DNA of 64,000 bases from Nannocystis bainbridge (GTDB lineage Bacteria > Myxococcota_A > Polyangia > Nannocystales > Nannocystaceae): positions 1,792,001 through 1,856,000 of the forward strand of contig NZ_JAQNDL010000001.1 of NCBI RefSeq assembly GCF_028368995.1, written 5' to 3'. The notes beneath the pieces were generated by a model, which was not told the DNA's origin, ran no database searches, and saw nothing but the letters and a program-made list of their open reading frames with translations. This document shows positions 59,687-64,000 of the stretch, one piece after another. A program made the position numbers and the translations under genes. Position 1 is the first letter of the stretch, and every line of letters starts with the position of its first letter.

Positions 59687-60484
59687 ATGCACCTCGGCGC
59701 CGCCCTTCGCCAGCCTCACGATCCGAGCGGCGCTTCGACGGCGGCGATCGTCGAGGCGCTGCAGGTCCACGAGCCCGAAGCCGGTACGCCGCACGTCTTG
59801 CTGCCCCACGCGCAGGTCGAGATCGTGGTCCGCTTCGGGCCGGCGTCGCGGAGGGGGATCGATGCACACGTGCTCGGCGCGCGGGAGCAAGTGCGGCGCA
59901 AAGTCCCGCGCGGGACGCATCGCAGCATGAGCGCGCGGCTGCGGCTGGGCGCCTCCGAGGCCGTGTTCGGCGTCCCGGCGTCGACGCTCGCCGGCCGCAT
60001 CGTCGCGCTCGAGGATGTCTGGGGCGACGCCGCGGCGCGCCGTCTCTTCGAACGACTCGCCGTCGCTGCCGACGGGCTCGCGGCCGCGAAGGTCCTCAAT
60101 TCGGCGATCGCCGAGCGCGTGGCGACCGATGCGTGCCCGCCCTGCTCGCGCCTGGCGCTCGCAGCCGCCGAGCAGCTGCGCGCCCGTTCGGCCGACGGCG
60201 CGCACGTGAACGCCATCGCCAGGGCGCTCGGGGTGAGCGAGCGCCACCTCCGGCGGGTGTTCCGAGATGCTTTCGGGATCGGGCCCAAGGCGTTCGCCAA
60301 GCTGGCGCGCTTCCAGCGGGCCCTGCATGCGGCGCGCGCGGACGAACGGGCCGCGTGGGCGACGATCGCCGCCGACGCCGGCTACTACGATCAGGCCCAC
60401 CTGATCGCCGAGTTCCACGCCATCGCCGGCGCGCCGCCGCGGGCGCTGCTCGGCGAGCTGCGGGTGGCGGCTGCGATCGGCTGA
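59687..60484 (+). CDS. AraC-family transcriptional regulator
   Basis: GVSERHLRRVFRDAFGIGPK..GYYDQAHLIAEF; divergent from the epimerase. Confidence 0.88.
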   Translation: MHLGAALRQPHDPSGASTAAIVEALQVHEPEAGTPHVLLPHAQVEIVVRFGPASRRGIDAHVLGAREQVRRKVPRGTHRSMSARLRLGASEAVFGVPASTLAGRIVALEDVWGDAAARRLFERLAVAADGLAAAKVLNSAIAERVATDACPPCSRLALAAAEQLRARSADGAHVNAIARALGVSERHLRRVFRDAFGIGPKAFAKLARFQRALHAARADERAAWATIAADAGYYDQAHLIAEFHAIAGAPPRALLGELRVAAAIG

Positions 60485-60530
60485 TCGCTACGGTTCGTCC
60501 GCGGTGCGCGACCACGAATGGGAAGCGCGC

Positions 60531-61445
60531 TCAGGCGAAGGAGACGCCGGTGAGCTGCTCCGACACGCGCCATAGGCGTTCGGCGGCGGCCCGGTCTTCC
60601 GCTCGCGGCGGAACCTTCGCCAGGGCCGGAGAGCCACGCATCTCTCCCAGCCTGTCCGGGCCGTAGTAAGCGCCGGCCCTCGCCTCGGGCGAGGTCGCGG
60701 CGAACAGCGTCGGGAGCGCGCCCTGCGATGCCGGCTGGAACATGAACCACAGGAGCGTCCGGGCGAGCCCGGCGGCGCTCCAACGGCCGGGAGCGTTGTG
60801 AAGGAGGTCGGTGCGCGAGATGCCGGGGTGCGCGGCGATGCTGGTGACGCCCCACCGATTCGCCTCGCTGCGCCGCTGCAGCTCGAGGGCGAACATCAGG
60901 CAGGCGAGCTTGGACTGGCCATAGGCCCGCATCGGCGCGTAGCTCCGCTCCGCCTGCAGGTCGTCGAAAGCGAGCGCACCATCCCGCGCAGCGACGCTCG
61001 ACAGCGTGACGATGCGCGGGCTCGTCCCATTGCGGAGCAGCGGCATGAGCTGGGCCGTCAGGGCGAAATGGCCGAGGTAGTTGGTGCCGAACTGCAGCTC
61101 GAAGCCGTCCGAGGTCTCTTGCCGGCTCGGCGGCGTCATCACGGCGGCGTTGTTGATCAAGAGATCGATCCTGTCGCTCTGGCTCCGCAGCCGCGCGGCG
61201 AATCCCGCCACGGACTCGAGACTGGCGAGATCGACATGCTCGAACCGGACAATCGCCGATGGCACTTCGGCGAGGACCCTGGCGACAGCGTCCGCCCCTT
61301 TTTGCGGGTTGCGGCCCGCGATGATGACCTCGCTCCCTGCCCGCGCGAGCCCCAGGGCATCCTCGAGTCCGAGCCCCCCGGTGCCGCTGACGACGGCCAG
61401 ACGGCCCTTCTGAGCAGGAATGTCGGTGGTTTTCCAGTTCGCCAT
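60531..61445 (-). CDS. SDR oxidoreductase (retinol-DH/WWOX-like)
   Basis: VVSGTGGLG, INNAAVM, GFELQFGTNYLGHF, YGQSK, AHPG. Confidence 0.93.
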   Translation of the reverse strand: MANWKTTDIPAQKGRLAVVSGTGGLGLEDALGLARAGSEVIIAGRNPQKGADAVARVLAEVPSAIVRFEHVDLASLESVAGFAARLRSQSDRIDLLINNAAVMTPPSRQETSDGFELQFGTNYLGHFALTAQLMPLLRNGTSPRIVTLSSVAARDGALAFDDLQAERSYAPMRAYGQSKLACLMFALELQRRSEANRWGVTSIAAHPGISRTDLLHNAPGRWSAAGLARTLLWFMFQPASQGALPTLFAATSPEARAGAYYGPDRLGEMRGSPALAKVPPRAEDRAAAERLWRVSEQLTGVSFA

Positions 61446-61547
61446 GATGCTTTCGCCGGTGACGAGGACGGATCGAGTCCTCGAGTTCCATGGCGGCATG
61501 GTAGGGACCCTACGAACACCGGAGAAGAGCGCGCTCGCCCGACACAC

Positions 61548-61566
61548 TGTCTGCTAGTATCAGACA
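61548..61566. promoter_or_regulatory. Palindromic LysR operator overlapping a leaderless -10 element
   Basis: TGTCTG-N7-CAGACA immediately before ATG 61567; contains TGcTAGTAT extended -10. Confidence 0.6.
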
Positions 61567-62469
61567 ATGAGCTTCGACCTCGACTCGCTCAAGGTGTTCG
61601 TCCGGGTCGCCGAGCTGCGCAGCTTCACCCAGGCCGCGCAGCAGCTCGGCATGCCGAAGGCGCGCGCGTCGGCGCATGTGCAAAGGCTGGAGGGCGAACT
61701 CGGGGCTCGGCTCCTCCGCCGCTCGACTCGCGTCGTGTACCTCACCGCAGAGGGAGAGGTGCTGCTGAAGCGCGCCCACAGCTTCCTCGCAGAGGCCGAA
61801 GAGATCGGGGCGCTGTTTCAGGCGGGTCGCGGGCTGCGTGGGAGGGTGCGCGTCGAGCTCCCGGTCCTCATCGCGCGGGATTTCGTCATCCCCCGGCTGC
61901 CCGAGCTGCTCGCGCGCCATCCGCAGCTCCAGCTGGATATCTGCGCGAGCGACCGAATCGTGGCAGCGCTGCGCGAGGGGCTCGACGTCGTGCTGCGCGT
62001 GGGGCCGGTCGACGAACCGGGGCTGGTCGGGCGCCGGATCGGCGAGGCGACGATGATGAACTGCGCGAGCCCCTCGTACCTGCGCCAGCACGGGACTCCG
62101 CGCACGCTGGAGGATCTGCGCGACCACTTGGTCGTCCACTACGCCACCGACTCGGCCCCGGTCTTCGAGTATTTCGACGGCACGACCTACAAGGAGCTGC
62201 CGATGCGCAGCGCGCTGACGGTCGACAACTACGACGCCTACGAGGCGGCGTGCATCGCCGGCCTGGGCATCGTGCAGTTGCCGCGCCCCGGGCAGGAACG
62301 GCACGCGAGCAAGCTGGTCGAGATCCTGCCGGAGCTCACGGCGAGGCCGGTGCCCATCACGCTGCTGCACACGCACGGGCGCGCGGCGCCGCGTCGCGTC
62401 CGCGCCGTGATGACCTGGCTGACGGAGCTGCTCTCACCCGTCGTCAGCGAGCTCGTGAAGCCTCTGTGA
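61567..62469 (+). CDS. LysR-family regulator (DmlR/CrgA-like)
   Basis: FVRVAELRSFTQAAQQLG..LEGELGARLLRRSTR; CASPSYL..GTP..LEDL; AGLGIVQLP. Confidence 0.95.
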   Translation: MSFDLDSLKVFVRVAELRSFTQAAQQLGMPKARASAHVQRLEGELGARLLRRSTRVVYLTAEGEVLLKRAHSFLAEAEEIGALFQAGRGLRGRVRVELPVLIARDFVIPRLPELLARHPQLQLDICASDRIVAALREGLDVVLRVGPVDEPGLVGRRIGEATMMNCASPSYLRQHGTPRTLEDLRDHLVVHYATDSAPVFEYFDGTTYKELPMRSALTVDNYDAYEAACIAGLGIVQLPRPGQERHASKLVEILPELTARPVPITLLHTHGRAAPRRVRAVMTWLTELLSPVVSELVKPL

Positions 62470-62653
62470 GACACGCTCGACCCGGCCGAGGATGCGTTCT
62501 CCTGCGAATGGGCAGCCCATCGGCCGCGAGACCCTCAGGAACGAACGGGACACCGGCGCCTCCTCGGACGAGGCGCCGGCGCGCGACCTGCTGCGATACG
62601 CGAACCCGAGCGCTCGCCGGCGCGAACTTCTGGTACACGTCGACAGCTCGTCG

Positions 62654-63601
62654 ATGCCACTCGCACCCCTGAAAGACCGCAAGCAGCTCATGGCCGCCTG
62701 TCTCGAGCGCGACATCGCGATCGAGGGCTGGAACTACTGCGCGACGCTCGACCCCGACGGCGCCACGCTGCTGCTCGGCCGCAACAGCGGCATCCTCGTG
62801 ATCGACCTCGTGAGCGGCGGCTCGCGCGAGGTCGAGGTGCCCGCCGCCGTGTACGACGCGGTCTCGTGCCTCGAGTTCACGGCCGATCGCACGCGGGTGA
62901 TCGCCACCCTGTGGGTCGGCTCCGTCGCGGTGCTCACCTGGCCGGAGCTGCGCTGCGTCGCCGTGCACCGCGTCTGCGACACGCGCCTGCACGGGCTCGC
63001 CGTGCTGCAGGACGGCCGCTCGGCGTGGCTCGGCGGTCACGACGGCCGGCGCACGCGGATCGACCTCGACGACGGGACCGTGCTCGCCGCCTGCGCTGAC
63101 GAGCAGATGTGGATGGCCGACGCGGCGCTGTCTCCCGACGGCGAGCTCCTGGTCACGGCGGACGCCGCCGGCAACGTGCGCCTGTGCGACCCCCAGTCAG
63201 GGGCCGAGCGCCGCCTGCTGCGGATCTCCGGCTCCGCGCAGAACATGAGCTTTCACGGCGAAGAGCTGCTGGTCCCTTCGCTGACGACCGCGATCGTCGA
63301 TGTCGCCAGCGGAGAGACGCGCGCCGGCTTCACGGGCGAACACAAGCTCGGCGCCCAGACGGCGACGTTCGTCACCGACGAGCTGGTGGCGACCGGCGGC
63401 GCCCACGATCCGCTGCTCGTCCTGTGGGACCGCACCGACGGCAGCAGCGCGCTGACGCTGAAGCCGTACAACAAAGGCGCGATCGAGCGTGTACTGCTGA
63501 CGCCCGACCGCGAGCACCTGGTCGTCGTGCCGCGCTGCGATCAGGCGGTCCAGATCTGGCGCGCGACCGGGCTGGTCGAGGCGGCGCGGCGCAGCCGCTG
63601 A
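62654..63601 (+). CDS. WD40/beta-propeller protein
   Basis: LSPDGELLVTADAAGNVRLCD, VATGGAHD.LLVLWD, VQIWR; start uncertain (62492-62690). Confidence 0.75.
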   Translation: MPLAPLKDRKQLMAACLERDIAIEGWNYCATLDPDGATLLLGRNSGILVIDLVSGGSREVEVPAAVYDAVSCLEFTADRTRVIATLWVGSVAVLTWPELRCVAVHRVCDTRLHGLAVLQDGRSAWLGGHDGRRTRIDLDDGTVLAACADEQMWMADAALSPDGELLVTADAAGNVRLCDPQSGAERRLLRISGSAQNMSFHGEELLVPSLTTAIVDVASGETRAGFTGEHKLGAQTATFVTDELVATGGAHDPLLVLWDRTDGSSALTLKPYNKGAIERVLLTPDREHLVVVPRCDQAVQIWRATGLVEAARRSR

Positions 63602-63936
63602 CGGCCCGCACGCGGTCGTTCACCGGCACCGAAGCCGGCGCAGCGAGGGTCTTCGACCACGGCATGCGGAGCGCGATGTCGACGGGCTTCCTCGCGAGGA
63701 GGAACGCGCGGCTGAACGCTTCTTCTTTCTCGGGCTCGACGTCGGGCGCCGCGTAGTCGCCCGTGTCCCCACGCAGCAGCGTCGCGCCATCAGCCGACGA
63801 CTCATCGAAGCGCGCGTGCGCCGGATCGAGCACTCTGCTCGGTCCCTGCGCGATTTCGCGGCGGCCGTGCGCGGACACCGAAATCGAATTCGTCACGGCC
63901 GTGGGACGACGACCTGTGGCACGATCGCGGCCCGGC

Positions 63937-64000
63937 GTGAGCGAGATCGTCGAATTCGCCTGCGGCTCGTGCGGCTCGCAGATCCAGGTCGAGGCCCACC
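63937..64000 (+). CDS. 5' end of a probable zinc-ribbon protein (runs off the window)
   Basis: GTG AGC GAG ATC..: MSEIVEFACGSCGSQIQVEAH with CxxC and GC3-rich codons. Confidence 0.5.
   Translation, partial: MSEIVEFACGSCGSQIQVEAH

Noticed and set aside
63602-63900. Minus-strand ORF ..GDTGDYAAPDVEPEKEEAFSRAFLLARKP..
   Set aside because: No clear start, runs into the convergent WD40 gene, no recognisable family; at most a relic
63917-63932. TGGCACGATCGCGGC sigma54-like site
   Set aside because: Lacks TTGC and lies too close to the GTG at 63937 to allow a transcription start

Overview
Very GC-rich chromosomal DNA with myxobacterial hallmarks, most like Nannocystaceae (inferred from gene families: MYXO-CTERM M36 peptidase, FHA-sigma54 activator, ADYC protein, TPR-receptor Ser/Thr kinase, many S/T-linker lipoproteins). 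It is a patchwork accessory region of about 50 CDS, mostly monocistronic: 13 predicted lipoproteins, two orphan GAF histidine kinases, small regulator/oxidoreductase pairs (XRE-SnoaL, AraC-epimerase, LysR-SDR), a WS/DGAT-AI-2E-CPA2 operon, a STAS-MlaE/ATPase/MCE/auxiliary-lipoprotein operon and several gene relics. I found no rRNA, tRNA, CRISPR array, transposase or integrase. No single complete novel system can be proven from sequence alone. Best leads: (i) an immunity/conflict-like cluster at 43.3-47.3 kb (Imm1-like+LRR, TIGR02996-like+Cys cluster+FHA, SMI1/KNR4 plus a coupled ORF); (ii) an ADYC lipoprotein divergent from a receptor kinase carrying a T-x-x-F repeat array, followed by tandem repeats and a sigma54 promoter; (iii) a stand-alone EAD-like protein; (iv) a CX4CH cytochrome-like lipoprotein; (v) a STAND-type WD40 protein lacking its NTPase; (vi) frequent leaderless TANNNT-N6-8-start promoters. 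All family calls come from motif recognition, not database searches.
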